Assembly: GCA_964188305.1 (NCBI GenBank)
Contig: OZ076894.1
Length of the DNA stretch: 64,000 bases
Direction: 5' to 3' (one strand)
Source: Podarcis bocagei
Taxonomy: Eukaryota
Shown: piece after piece, positions 23,714 to 38,200 of the stretch
Layout of the letters: each line of letters opens with the position of its first letter
Numbering within the stretch: position 1 is the first letter of the stretch
Made by a program: the position numbers and the translations under genes
The notes under the pieces: model-generated
What the model was told of the DNA's origin: nothing
The model's database searches: none
Seen by the model: the letters and a program-made list of their open reading frames with translations, nothing else

Positions 23714-26700
23714 GATAGTCACATATTCAAAAAATTATATGTGCGCATGAGCACACACCACACACACACAAAGAGAGAGATGAATATTGCTTTTTCAGTT
23801 TATTAGGATAGCAGAAGGTAATGGGGTTGACAAGTCAAACTTTTGTAACTCTGACTATTGGATTTTAAAGAGGAAAGGCAATTCAAGTTTATGGCACAGT
23901 TGACAAATTAAATGCTTGTAAAAGTACACTGTAAACACTAGCTTGATTGAGAAGTTTAACATTCTTATAATTACAATGTTGTATTAAAATAATTTTCAGT
24001 GGTTACTCTTTAATCTTCTTTTTCCAAATATTGTCACATCACTTAACTAATGTCAGTTATATCATTTGTTTTCAAAAGTCAAGATCTGCTCAGGTTTTAC
24101 GCTATGCACAGATGTTAACAAAATAACACATGCTTATAATTAAAAGAAATCTTTAAACAAATTGAAATAAGGCAGAAGAGTAAATGTTTTGAAAAATGGC
24201 CTTAAAATAGCACAGCAGTGAGTTATCTTGTTTAACAAATCTATATAGTGTAAAATTAGAAAGGCAGACTGAATATTAAGAATCTGTTTAGTAGCTTGCA
24301 TGTTTTTTTTATTTGTTTTCACTAGATAAAATAATTTAATTTAGATCATGAGCCTGCACACAGAATTTTTATTTATTTTTATTTTTTGCCAGTGGAAGGG
24401 GAACATAAGGGCATATCCATGAAAATGGTTTTTTTAAAATAAAAAAATAAAAAAATCTGTTAAGTATGCATTTGAAATTAATCTTAAAAGATGGCTTTAA
24501 GATAAACATATTAGGACTGACTAGAAGATACAGGTTAAACATTTCAAGGGATCCCTCCACTCTTGGAGTCAATTTAGAGGCTACAGACATTCGAAGCTAG
24601 ACTAAGTTGTTCATAGACCTTTTTGTTAGCATAATATCGCGCTGGTTTTGAACCAGAATATGTTGCTTCATTTGCAGCATGCTGCTGGCACGCTTTGTTA
24701 ATGCTGTGAAAATGTTTAAAGGAGATGCGGAAAGGCAACAAATTAAATTTTCATGAAAGAAAACCCTAATCAGCAGTGACAGTGTAAGAGAAAGATGATT
24801 GCCACTTGGTCATTGTAGAAAGGCACTTAGGTTTGGTGTCAGTGCTTCTGTTAATGATGACTAATGTCTTTCTCGCAGCAAACACATGCTCAGACATTGT
24901 GCTACTGCAGTCTAGGTATTGGGCTGAAGCATAGGCACCAAGGATCTTAAAACAAAGGTTCAGGCCTTGAATTGAGCGACTCAAAATGCAAAAATTTCCC
25001 CACAGTTATATTGTAGCTGCAGTTTTAGAAATTGTTCAGATTCCTGTTTTCAGAAGCAGAGAGATGGAACAGCGTGTTTGAATAGCGTAGGCTGGATGAA
25101 TGATCAAGGAGGATGACATGTAGTGGTGTGAACGTATGGGAAAGAGTATTTCTATAGTAAACAAATGAATAAAATGATTTTTAAAAAACCCTATGGAATT
25201 ATTTCTAGTCCCCATATTGTATTCTACACAAATCCTTTAAACTTAAAGCAGAGCGACTCTCAAGACCTTTTCATATCCTTTGGCTTTAGTTGTTTAAATA
25301 TATTGGCAAACAGAGAGGTGGCATGTGTCAGTTCTTTAGCTTTTCCCAAAGTGAGACCTTTCAGAAGGGCATTTGTAATGCTTGTCATATTTTTTCATAT
25401 GCCTCTTATTGGCTTGACAAGTCTAGAGGACCATGAGAACACAGATGTCATTGGATTCAGACAACACTAATTACTCTGGGATTTTTGCAGCCTCAGTAGC
25501 TGTATGCAGCTGTCGATTATGAGTGTTTATGTGGTATATCATGGGTATACTCTCCAATCTCAGATGCTGCCACTGGCCTTTTTGTTTCCTGTTGTTAAAC
25601 AATAGGCTTTCTTATATATCCTGAAAAAGAGAGACAGGGATCTAAAGGGTGCGTCAGTATTTTTATGCTACATATTAATATTAGTCCTAAGATTAATTGA
25701 ACAACTATATTTATATTTAAAATGTGGAAGCACTTGCTTTACAGTTTTCCAGCACAGGAGTTTCTTGCATCCTCCCTAAGGTATAGCTATAGCTATATTT
25801 TTATCTGTCCCCCCCTTTCTTTCTCCCTGTATCCTGCCACTCAAAATTAAAGCTGCTAGATCACTATTAGCATTGATTTAGCCCACTTGAAAAATGGCCA
25901 TTCTTTAATGTCACATCAAAGACGTTTTCCTAATTTGGATCAGAGTTTAGATAAAAATTGTTAACCAGGGTTTATAAAGCAGTTGGTTAAGACTTGTCTC
26001 CGTGTTGAATTTTGTTTGCAATATCCACCCCCCCATCTCTTTGTTCTGTCACAGTTCATAGTGCGTAAAGCAGCTGATTCTAACAAAAAGTTCAAATGGT
26101 GGTCACAGCATGAATGACATTAGGGTTTTTTAAAAAAGAAAGGGAGGGAGAGAAAAAAAAGCTTATGTTAATGTTCTGTGCATTTCCAAAGAAGTGCAGC
26201 CTGTGTTAATCACAGATCGGAAAATGAAAAGCACCAATAATGTTAACTTTACATGCTGATGATGCAGAAATGGTAGCAGCTTTATCAAAGATGCATGATG
26301 AGATGAAACTGCAGTCTCTGCTGTACAGTTATAGTAATTATGACTAATGAACCGTCCAGTCTGGATAAAATGGCATGTCCTTAGGGACTGTGTCCAATCA
26401 GTTGTGACTTATGCAAGCTGTAGAAAACACTGGTAGAGTAGATTCAATATTGTAATATGAAATATACTATGTTATCAATTTCAGTTTTTCAACATTATTT
26501 CCATTTAGAAATATCTAATATTTTTCTTAGCTGGGGGTTGTTGTTGTTTTGTTTTGTTTTGTTTTTAATAACCTGTATATTGAATTGTAATTCCTGTTTT
26601 AATAGGGTGAGTGTGCGCTATATTGTCATTATAATCCCAGAACTGCACTCTGGATGCAATAAAAACAAAAGCAGATTAGTTTTCTGCAGTTGTTAGGAAT

Positions 26701-28615
26701 GTTTCTGTGAGATTTTGTAATCATGCCACCTTTTGGTTACATTCGAAACAACCTGAGAGTTTTCCAGAATAAGACGATGGCAGCCAAAAGTGTGTCTAGA
26801 TTTGATGCATAGCAAAATTAAGCTATTAAAATGCATTTAACAGTTAGATAACATCCCATATTTTTGTCTTACTTCCCTGTGAATTTGTTCATTGGTTTCT
26901 CGTGGCCCTTTCTGCAAAAATGGGGAGTAGTGACACCTTCATAAAATTAAGAAGGGCCAAGGGAAGTTAGTATGGTGTTGAGGAACATGCAACTTTGCAA
27001 ATGAGTAATACTTTGCTATTTCATATACTTTAAAAGTTTTATTGATATACAACTGAATTGTTAATCCTAGCCAAGCTTAATTGTTGTCTCATTTGGAAAA
27101 ACTGTGATTAGGTTTTGGTTCCTGTCACAAGTTTCCAAAACTGGAGGACATAATTAACCCCCAGGTTCAGTGGGGTTTTAGTGCTAATTATGGCAACTTC
27201 AAACTGAAATGTAGTCTTCCTTCTCTCTCCACTTGCACCTCCACAGTTTACTCATGCTTCATATAAAGCTTCACTGTTTAGATTCTCAGTTACTTTGTCC
27301 CATCAATTCTTCAGTGTCTGTGTGATTTATGTCTCTGAATTTTATTTCTCTTTCCATATGTCTTCTCCCATTCCCTTGAGTGAGGTTATCCTCTTAATAA
27401 AATTTGGTTTGAACTTGGGGTATTTGATGGATCATGGAGAGAAGATGTATCCAAGTTGCTGGAAACCATACAAGGCCATTAGGAGCACAATAAGCACATT
27501 CATATATATTATGGATCTGGAAGTTTTGATTGAAAGCAAGGCTTTCGTTGCCGTCTAGTGTTAGAAGCCCAAGCCTCAGCATGGGACCACATTGCAGGGA
27601 GGGAGATTGTGAGCCACAGGTATATTGATAAGGATTAATGCAAGCTGTGCTATCCTAAATACACAGTACTGATTTATTTTTATTTCATATCCATGCCTAT
27701 CATTAACCATAGTCATGTGAATGTGATATGGGCATTAAAATGGGTAGTCTGGGATGCAAGAATAAAGATGCCTAAAACTGTGGGAGTGGCCACTGACATC
27801 TAGGTTGCTACGGAAGGCAGAAAACAAGTTACTGTTCCTTCTTCTCTTGCTAGCATGAGTATCTCCCTTTAACCTTTCCTTTAAAAAATCACCCTTGCTC
27901 TCAAGTTTTGCACCCTTGGTGGTGTCCATTTTGCCCAATTCCCAATTGTCATTTCAGGTACCTTCCATAAAACAATTTTTAAAACAAAAGCACCTGACTC
28001 ACATCTAGGTTGAAACACATTTGCGTATCCATCAAGTGTGCTCAGGATTCCAGCCAAAGGGTTGCATCCAGTTCTGTCTCTCCATTGATGGAAGGCTCTT
28101 TGATCCAGCAGACTTCGATCAGCAGAACAAGGAGGGAGCATTTTCATCCTTCCACCCCCTCGATCTATTCCATTGGACTGGAGATACTTTAGAACAGTGT
28201 GAAAGGTGATACTGTGGGATGGGCAGGGAGCAGGGAATGCAGGGAAGAGAAAGCCTTGGCAGAAATCACATTCACTGTTTTGCTTATGGAAGCTTTCCAT
28301 CACCAGGTGAGCTTTACAGAAGAAATCTATAAATATATTTTCCTAAAATTATTTGTGCCTTTATCCAAAATTAATATATCTGTGTAATAACTCAAGTGTG
28401 TTTGGTAAATGTGTGCAATTAGTCATATTAACTTGTTGCCCTCTTTCTTTCCCTTTTTCCTTTTCTGAAACCACAACTAAAGAACAAAAATATTTCATAA
28501 TTCTGTTTACTGTATCTTGGTGTTGATTAACATTATAAAGTGGTGTTTGATACAAGATTGATGCCTAATGGAGACTTTATTCTGCTTCGCTGATAATTAA
28601 CCCAACTATTTAAAG

Positions 28616-28753
28616 CATGACTGGTTAACCTGTGGTCCTGCAGATTTTGTTGGACTACAACTCCCATCACCCCCATCTAGCATAGCCAGTGGTCAGGAAT
28701 AATGAGAGTCGTAGTCTGGCAACATCTGGAGGGCCACATGTTAGCTACCCATG
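28616..28753. mobile_element. Older palindromic hAT-type MITE (related to 47838 element)
   Basis: Core ggactacaactcccatca...tgagagtcgtagtc...catctggagggcc. Near-identical 8-bp flanks atttaaag/agttaaag. Confidence 0.7.
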
Positions 28754-31700
28754 AGTTAAAGGTCTTAAGGGAAGTTAAAATAAAAGACTTTTTTTAAAAA
28801 AAAATGTAATGTGTATGTAATATAGGAACAATGCCAAGACTTAGTAGCTGTTTTAAAGTTTAAATTTTAAAGTTATTAAGATGCTAAGTTTTAACTAAAT
28901 ATTTAAAGTGCAAGGCATACCAGCATTGCACTTTTGTTTTAAAAGTTTTCCTCTGAATGAAAGCAATTATTGGAATTGCTTTTAAAAGCTTTGCGTGGTA
29001 CAATAAAGTATGATTTTACAACGTATTGTACATGTCTGATTGGTGATGTTAGATGGGGCTGATGGGAGATGGGAGACCAACAATGTCTACTAAGCTGAAG
29101 GTTCCCTAGCTCTGATGCAAGCAAGCACTTTTCTAATAACTGCATATAGCAGGCACAATATCAGAAGAAGTATTCACCCTTCACTTCAGCACAAAAGTGA
29201 GTCTCTTCATGCTTGCTGCAACATATAAATACTCTATATAAAAGCAAAGAAAGTATTGCCTCATGTAATACTTAGGCTTAAGGATCATTTGCTGATGTGC
29301 TGTTTATGCAGAACTATTATTGGTTTGATAATGAAACTTTTACAGACATTTAGTTTGCTAGAATTTGCTCTGGTAAATACCTGAATAGGAAGAATAGGTC
29401 TTTCAACAACTAGAGTTATGCAACCAGGAAGCCATGGTTGCTATGATACCCTACTATTCCTCATACTCCAGGTGTAAATAACATTGGTGTTGAAGTGAAG
29501 TTTTGACAACTAAGCAATATATACATTAATTTAAAAAATAGTACAGTACGTGTGAATCAAAGGTGATTCCACTAAAGGGGAAGTCCTTGGCACCCTCTCT
29601 TATACCTCCTTGGCCAGAGGACATGGCTCCCCCATCATCATATGCCGAGGTTTACATGTTCCACAGCTATGTAGGAGTATGCAACTGGTGCATCAACAAC
29701 AGGCCTTTTCAGGATTGCAGACAGCTCTTGAGGGGTGGGAGAAGTGGAAATGCTGGACTGTCAGGCCCTTTTTAACTCTTCAGATGACTCCAGTTCTTTG
29801 CCAAGACAACATCTTCCTACAGCTCAACTGGATGCTCACTCAGAGCTCTCCATGGTCCTGGCCACTGTCATAGAGAATCTGTCATAATTGAGCTAGTATT
29901 GAACCTGGACATACCTCATCCTTACTGACCTACTCAACTGGACCTGATCTACCATAACCTGGCCCATTCTGATCTGCTTTGTAACCTGACTTACTTCCAC
30001 CTGAATTTCTGCAACTCATTACCTTCACTTGTGGACCCCTTACTTAAATAAAAGGTAGCTCTAGTGGTGATGACACTACAGTTCTGTAAATAAAACAGAA
30101 TTTTAGATCTGCACTTTGAAAAGTCTTTGTTTGAGGGATGTGGCAAAATCTACTGAGATATTTTCAGATTGCTTCTTTGTTTCTCACTTCTGTCAGACTG
30201 AAAAAATCTGGTTGAAGCAGCCTGAGCTGCACACAGTTCTGTGTCTCTCTTTTTGTTTCGTGATTCCTGCACAGTATAAATGTCACCCTTAACATTACTT
30301 CTTTCAGTTTCATAAAAGACAAACCTTTTGTCCTACAGCTGTATTTTTTATTACTTGCTAGTAAAGATTACTATAATGAATTGTTGCAAGATGGTAGAAA
30401 AGTAGAATAAAGTAAGTAGAATACCCAGCAATTTTCTGTTCAGGGTTTTCTGTCACATTAGTAGAAATAAATCATTAGAGACTGGTAGAAGGGCAGAGTG
30501 AGTTGATATATTGGCATAAACATTAGATAGATTTAAACATGAGGCATTGCTATCTGCAGATCTTCTTCTAGATAGTCATGAGAACTTTAAACTGTGTGTC
30601 TAGATATATTTAAGACCAGTTGAGCCTATATGGTTTTATTAATGTGCTGTAAATCTTATATTCACAAGCAGTGTTTACTGCAGTGCAATATATTTAGAAG
30701 GAAAATTTACACCCAGGAGAGGAAAATAAGATGAGTAAGAAAATACAAGGGTAGATCTGGAACATTTATTCTAATCTGACAAGTGTTTGTGAAGAAGTTA
30801 CTCAAAAGTGTAAATTGCTTTGGGTTATGGGCTTTTTTATTTTCTTTTTTGGCATTACACGATGTTGGTGCCAATACTGGAAAACCCTGAACAAGTTCTA
30901 ATATCTAAAATAGAAGGGAAGATATTGGGAAGGTTCTGCATAAAGTAGAAGAAAGCAGGAAGGCAAAGAATAAAGAGATTTTATTTTTATTTTTTTAAAA
31001 GCTAATATTTGAGCCCAATGCATTCTACAGAAAATTTCCTTCTTCCGGGATAATTTTGAGTCAGTATGCTTCTTAGCTCTAAATAAAAGCACTTGCCTGT
31101 GTATTTCCGGTGATAAAAAAGCAATTATTGTACATGTTTTTGGATAAAATTATTTATTCATGCCCATCACATTTCTAGTACTTCAGGGTTTGTTTGTTTT
31201 TCTTGTTACTGTTTCCATATTTTGGTGAAAATATGTGTTGGTACTGTGTTTTGGGTTTTTGTTTTTAGGTTAATATAGTCTGACTTAGAGCAGGACTTAT
31301 TAGGTCTCCTGAATCATTTAAAAGCACATATCTGGACCAATTTTTAAATGCATTTTCATCATTCAATAATTTGTTAAGTAACTCACAGCTCGAATATTTG
31401 AAGGAAACATTTTTGCCGTACTTTCCAATCGAAATGTCTTCTAGATTGGTTTCCAGGTCAGTGAAAAAAGTAGAACAGTACCTGTTCTCAAGCTTAGAAT
31501 ATCTAAAAGATGTGACAAAAAACAAAAAAGTGATGAGGAAGGAGGAGGGTGAAAGCAAACTCAGGTTACAGTTCTTATAACAACCAGCTGGAATAGAGAC
31601 TGTTCAGATGGAATGGTTACTGCTAGGTGACTGAGAGAGAGAGTCAAAGGCAGCTGAACTCTTGGTAGAGCCAATGCAATTCTCTTGTTACCATTCTCCC

Positions 31701-32170
31701 ACTGTGTTCTGCAGCCTGATGGCTCCAACTAAGTGATGTTAGAAGCAGAGCCAAAGGCAGTTCCATTTCAGCAGAGCGGATGGAAATGCCCTCCTTCCTT
31801 TCTCTGCCCGACAGCTGGATGGAATGCCTACTAATAATGTCGCTTCCACTGAAAAGTGTTTTGCTTAAAAGAGTGTTAAGGAATAGATGATGTATTTATA
31901 ATCGTTTGATGTTGTAGTCACATTAAGCCCTATCAGGAGTTCAGCTTCTCATGCAATTAGAATCAGGTGATGGGAAGAGGGAGGTTGTGTTTGCTGATCT
32001 CTTCTCTCTCCTCCCCCCACTCTGCCCCATCTCTAACAGTCTTGCTGCCATCCATGTGTTGGGGTTGAAGTTCTGAAGAGGGTAACCTGCTGTGTGCAAA
32101 TAGCCTCCCTGTGCAATTAAAAACCCCAATCCTGTATGGTTCTAAATTGCACAGGGAGCATATCCACATA

Positions 32171-32394
32171 CAGTGGTACCTTGGTTTAAGAACAGTCTGG
32201 TTTAAGAACAATTTGGTTTACAAACTCTGCAAAACAGAAATAATGTCCCGGTTTGAGAACTTTACCTCAGTCTAAGAATGGAATCCGAACGGTGGAAGGG
32301 CACCAGCGGTGGGAGGCCTCATTAGGGAAAGCGCGCCTCGGTTTAAGAAACGGACTTACGGAACGGATTAAGTTCATAAACCGAGGTACCACTG
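32171..32394. mobile_element. Tc1/mariner-pogo (Tigger-like) MITE
   Basis: TIRs CAGTGGTACCT(T/C)GGTTTA / TAAACCGAGGTACCACTG, flanked by TA duplications at 32169-32170 and 32395-32396. Confidence 0.88.
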
Positions 32395-32885
32395 TATAGC
32401 AGACTCTACACTTCAGACCTTTAGCTTTGATATGTGAGTGGCATTGGGGCTGGACCATCAGGCATGTGATGGAAGGAATGGGGCTAGCCAGGCACACAGC
32501 TTACTGTCACACTCCTCATGATTGCAGCTTCATGTGCCGCAATGCCTGAAGAGGGAAACTGAGTGACAGATGTGAACATCCTTCTCTCTAATCCAAAATT
32601 CAAGAGTCTGAGTGCCTTTCAGTTTGGAAGCAAAACAGGGCCATCCAAAAATGGGGTGATTTTTGCATAGTTGGGAGTATTCTACAGGTATGTGGAAGTA
32701 TAGGAATGTGTATGTTAAAAACTTGGTTGGATACAATTTGGATTTTGTAAACCTGAAACCTGAACAATGAACTCACTTCAAAACTTATACCTTTAAGGGG
32801 CGAAGAATCTTGAACCTCATTCAGGGAATTGCAAAGGAAATATTGAGTGAAGAAGAAGAAAGTTTTGCCCATAAGATTATTTTGT

Positions 32886-32913
32886 ACACACACACACACA
32901 CACACACACACAC
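32886..32913. repeat. (CA)n microsatellite
   Basis: Direct run. Confidence 0.9.
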
Positions 32914-34228
32914 TCCAGTCTGCCAGCTAAGGATGACTCATTACAGTCTATTAAAGGGAAATGAGTAGTATGTATTGGCAAGACAACAAGAGAAATCCTG
33001 CCATGTATTATATTTTGGAGTAGATCTTGAGTTTTTGATAACTTCTATATGATTTTCTTATATAGTGCACTGCAGTTTGGTGCCATAATTTCTGTATTTA
33101 AATATTCAGATGCTCATAGCTATGGGCAGACATGCTGTTATGCCACTGCTCACAGAAATTTAAGAAGAATCTAGCTGACCACCTGAATACTATTATGAGA
33201 TTTCAACATAGTTTGGAAACAGTAAACACACCTGGTACTGTAGTTACAGTATAATTCACATTACAGCTTAGTGTGACGTGGATTTCAGTTGCAATGCTAA
33301 CAGCGGCAGAAGTGTGGAAACATTTTAAAATCCTATCAGTTTACACACTGGAAATAATTACTGGCCTGGCTGTTCTTTCACTGACACTTTTCCCTTCTGC
33401 TGGTTCAAGAGAAGAGAACATCTGTTTCAGTAAATGCCTTTTGCTCTTTCTGATCTTTCTAATTATTTTAGTATCAGAGAGAGGCTAGTGAATTGAAATC
33501 TGTGTAATGCCATGGTTTCTGACTATGCAGACAGACGGATATTAGAACAGGCAACAGGTCTGGAGTAATGAGCAAGGGCAGAAAGTGGTGGTTAAGCTGT
33601 GGACACTTAATCAGCAGTTGGTAATTGGAATGGAAATATGTTTGTGTAGGTCTGGAAAATAGAATCTGGGCTGCACTCAATGTGAACATTTATTTCTTTA
33701 GAAGCCAGATTTGCTTTCTGTTTTGGTCTTGGTTCTAGTTATTAATCATATATGGTAATTACCATAACCAGCATTAGCAACGACGTGTGCAATCACTTAA
33801 GAAAGGCGGATGTCAAACCCAGCCATGTTGATCTTGCTAGAAAGTATGGTTAAAATTTGCTTCCAGAATGGAAAGCACTGGCATTTTGCCACAGAGGCAA
33901 CACAATGAAAGCAATTAAAGATGTGTGTCTAAAAGGTATGAAAGGTTTGCAACTATGAAATATCCATCACCAGAAAAACTTGCGCTTTTGCGGGATGTAG
34001 TCGTCTATTTTCATCTGTAGCGCTGCTGCGTCTTGTCTGACGTTGTGTGGTCCACTACTTGCCACAGCTTAGGGATTATCTGCCCCAAATGGATGACTTT
34101 CCTCAGACTAATTTAGTTCCTTTTTTATTTATAAAACTATGTGACAAAGAGGTTAACCTTTTCTATTGATAAAACTAGATTTGATAAAATTTACAGCTAG
34201 CTAGAGAGAAACAAGAATTTAAATTGTG

Positions 34229-35256
34229 TGTCCAGGTGCAATTATGCAAGGGGGGTTAGGGGGGAGCAACCAGGAAACATAGTGAGCAGAGATTTGTGAT
34301 GGGTTCAAATCAGGCCATACCTTTATTGATTACAGATGAAAACAGGTTTGGTGCAGGCATTGGCCATCTATCTGATGATCATTCAGCCTGCCTGCTGGTT
34401 GACACAGTGAAGGAAAACCAATATTAGGATCTGTCTGCGGTGTGAACGACATCCAGTGAATCCCAGCTAGTCACTGGCAGGGGCTACTATGGCCCTAAGC
34501 ACCTGGGCATCTAAACAATAAATGCCACACCCTGAGATCCCTTAGGGTTGATCTTCCCAAACTGTGTCATGACACGTTGGTGTGTCATGCGAATGCTCCC
34601 CACGCTCCTCCCGGGGCTGGAAAGGGGTTAGTTTAACCTCTGGTTTGCTGGTAAAACTGAATTACTGTGTCGCGAAATGATGCATGTCTAAAAAGTGTGT
34701 CACCAACATGGAAAGTTTGGAAAGCTCTGCCTTAGGGGGATCCCTCTTATCTCCTGGGCCAGGGTGGGAGGGGGGAGCCTTCTCACCCATTTCAACCAAG
34801 GTACCAGCACAATGCGCCTTCTGCCCAGAAGTTGTGATAATTGTTATGAGACAGGCAAAAGCCCCAGACTCAGCTAATCAGATTGGAGGGAAAACTCCTT
34901 CCTGGTCCAAAAAACAGCAGCTAACAATTTTTCCCAGCAAGGTCCATAAGTGGGGTTGATACAATCCCCTGAAGGACCCCCAGCCATAACAAATTAGGGA
35001 GGGTGGGAGGAAAGCAAAGACTACAATGCCCTGCTGCACCCCATACTCCTTTAAACTCTGCAAGGGCAAAGTCTTCTTTCTGGTCTACTTCCAGGCCCCA
35101 CCCACCCAGCAGCTAGGTGAACAGATCACATGCCACTTTGAGAACTTACAAGTGGCCAAGCTGTATGGGTGGGGCCTGATTAGCTAAAGTCTTTAAAAAT
35201 CGACATCTCTTTTCTCCTGGAGAGAGTGATGTGATTGGCTCCACCCATGTGAAACA
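34229..35256 (-). mobile_element. Putative solo LTR-like element
   Basis: GC-richer ~1 kb block bounded by TG...CA. On the - strand, CCAAT lies near the start (35234-35238) and AATAAA near the end (34322-34327). No clear TSD. Confidence 0.3.
34548..34729. mobile_element. hAT (Charlie-like) MITE inserted in the LTR-like block
   Basis: 8-bp TSD ccttaggg (34540-34547, 34730-34737). Right end aagtttggaaagctctg, with a degenerate left end ..cttcccaaact. Confidence 0.7.
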
Positions 35257-38200
35257 TTTGGACTCTGCACCTGCCTATATTAAATGCACTCATCGGGTGT
35301 GCATCCTACATGACTGGTTGAGTGTTTAAAGAGCATATATGAGAGAAAGAGATGTATAACACTGCTTGTCCAGAAGGAGCAACTGCATAGCATTCTCAAC
35401 TATGCCTTGTATCTCTGCTGCAGGATTCTCACAACCTAGATAGGCTTGCACCACCGGGGCAGACTTTGGTTTTTCAAATTTCAGTAGCGCCCTGTGCAAG
35501 GCCAAAATTCAGCGCCCCCTCCTCCTCTTGCCTTCTGTTCTGCTCAGTTCACTATGTCATAATTGTGATGCCCTAGGCTTGGTGCCCAGTGTGGCAGAAC
35601 TGGTCGTGCTGCCCTAAATCCACCTCTGGCACCACTCTGTATCTCATCCACTGTTCTATGTAGAATGCTGGGATGAGATGTTGCTCTTGTTGTATGTGGT
35701 GTTCCCTTATGTGACATATCTGTAGGTGTTGTGTGGTGCTATGTAGCACATAAGAAGTGGTACATAACAAGCTGCTTGTCAAGAAGTATCTGATTCTGGT
35801 ATATATATAAAAATAAAATAAACCAAAACTCTTTCTATATAATGTACTACCACCAGAACCACATTTTCTTCTTAAACGAGAATCTTGATTCTTTCCCAGC
35901 CTGCTGCAGTGAAGTCGATACGATAACAGAGACTGCAAGGATTTATTAACTGTGTTGCAACTCTTTTAAGAGGCTATCACATTTTTAAGTAAGGAAAGTG
36001 TTCCTTTAAGTTGTTTCATTACTAAAAATGTACATAGGAGGAGAAGTGGGTAATTTCTAGGAAAATACAGGTATTCTAATGAGTTTTGGCTTCTCATATA
36101 TGATTTGTACTGTGCAGCAGATGATAGGGACTGACTTGCTTGTCTTGTAGCTACAATAAATTCAGGTCAGGGCCAGCCCTTCCATGCAGTAGGGTGAAGC
36201 AATCAGCTTCAGGCAACACCATGAGGTGGGACAGATGAAGACATGAATTGATGGCTGAATGGTGCTGTAAGACTTGTTAAAAAGCTGGCCTGAGAGTGCA
36301 GTGGTGCTCCCATTCCTCCCACTTAAAGAAATAAGGACAACAGTATAGATCTAATCTGGTGTGGTAGGTTTGAGTAGCTGGTCTGTTCAGCACCACCAGG
36401 GGATTTCTTTTGATCACTAAAGGCTTCTAGATAGGATCCTTGTAGACCTTCAGTAGGTTTAATTTGCTGTAGCAAAATCTGTGTTTGATGTCAGCAACGT
36501 TTTAGGAATCATATCACTCTAGAATCATGGCATGTATCTTTCTGCTTGAGAATTTAAGAACAGTATGTCCATAGAGATCAGTTTCACCACCGTGAAGATT
36601 CAAGATAATGATGTATTGCAGCAGCCTTTGAGCTCCATTGAGCCACAAGAGCAAGTGCCCATACATGCCAAATGAGAGGAGCACAAAAAGCGGCATGGAA
36701 ATTGAGGGTGCCAGGTTGCTTGTCCTCTTTCGCTGGCTATGGGATAACTTCCATAGTGATAACCAATAGGACTCTGATGACAAAACATTCAGACTTCCAA
36801 TATAAAGTAAATGTTAAGCCTTATTAAGGAAACCTAGGTTTATAGCCATGGATGTATCGGTGACACTTAGTGTCAATGTGGCTCTTAATATAATAATGCA
36901 TTTGTGACAAAGTGACTTCCAGTGATGAGGATATTCATCAGGCAAACGTTTCCCAAATATGCTGAAGCTAATGCTACTTAGGCCATGCTTATATGTGCAT
37001 ATAGGTTTTGGCTGTTTTTGTGTCTGTACAAAAGTCTAGAGAAAAGAAGTAACTTCTCCCACCACCTGAGGGTTAGAGTAAGGGAAAATTCTTCTGAGTC
37101 ACCTTCAGAAGCTGCTTTCAGTAGAAACCTAAATAATATTTTTTTTAAAACTGTGTAATAGCCATTTTGAAATGAAGATATGCTGTATCTTCCCTATAAC
37201 CTTCTTTCAGGTTCCAAGAAAGGGTGTATTTTGCAAATGATGTTATTCACTTGTTGGTAATCTAGTTAAGAAATCAGGTAACAAATCAACATTTGACAAA
37301 AAAAAATGTACAGGATTTACGCAGATGAACTTATTATCACAGTGTCTGATTCTTTCTAGAGTAGTCTGTATTATTTCATTTTATTTTTACATGCCACCAC
37401 ATGGTGAATTCTTCATGACAATGTCTGTATAACAAAGTCTGACTTTATGTTCCTCTGTTATACTTTTCAGGAATCCTGAGCTATGAATGTTTAGTTCAAA
37501 AGCTCCACTCTGGACGGAAGCTTTAAATTTACTTCAGAAAGGCATTTGTGTATAAATGTGGTAGCTTAGCTGAGTATATCATTTACACTTCGGTCTCCAG
37601 GTCCTAGTAACTGTTGCCTAGATGTTTATTTAAAAGGGAGAGAGAGAGCCTCCATTATTCTTAAAAGTTGTGATCAGAAGCAGGCATGTTAGATGCTAAG
37701 CCAATTTTATTTTCAATTTACTTTTCTCTGTTTTGATATACCGGTTATACTACAAGGCAGAGTCCATTTATTTAGAAAGTTACCTGTTTAAGGAAACAAT
37801 TCATTATGTGTCGTGGAGCTGATGAGTTCAGTAGAGCCACCTTTTAATCCTTGATTCCCTGTGGATTTTCTTTCACAATGCTTTTTCCCTTTGAGTCCCT
37901 AAAACTACAGTCCTTTTGACTGAATAGAGGCTATTTTATACACCACCCTGCTCCCAATCCAATTAAGGGTTCAATAATAGACGGATTATGGAAAGTTTAC
38001 TTCTTTGCAGAAGTGAAGCTTTGGAAAAATAGTATGTTGATAGCAAGAGGGAATGTGAGGGAAAGCGGAGAAAATTAAGGAGATAATGGTCAGTAATCTT
38101 ACCTTGTCTGATGTTTGCGCTGTTCACAATATAGCAGGCCCTTAGAATAAGAGGGACAATGATTCAGATTCTTTAACCATTTTGTTGCTGGAGTTTAGCT

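Noticed and set aside
27958-28306. Possible cryptic exon (tttcAG ... CAG|GTGAGC)
   Set aside because: LRBA protein is already continuous between 7699 and 57633. No single open frame spans the segment and I have no evidence of use.
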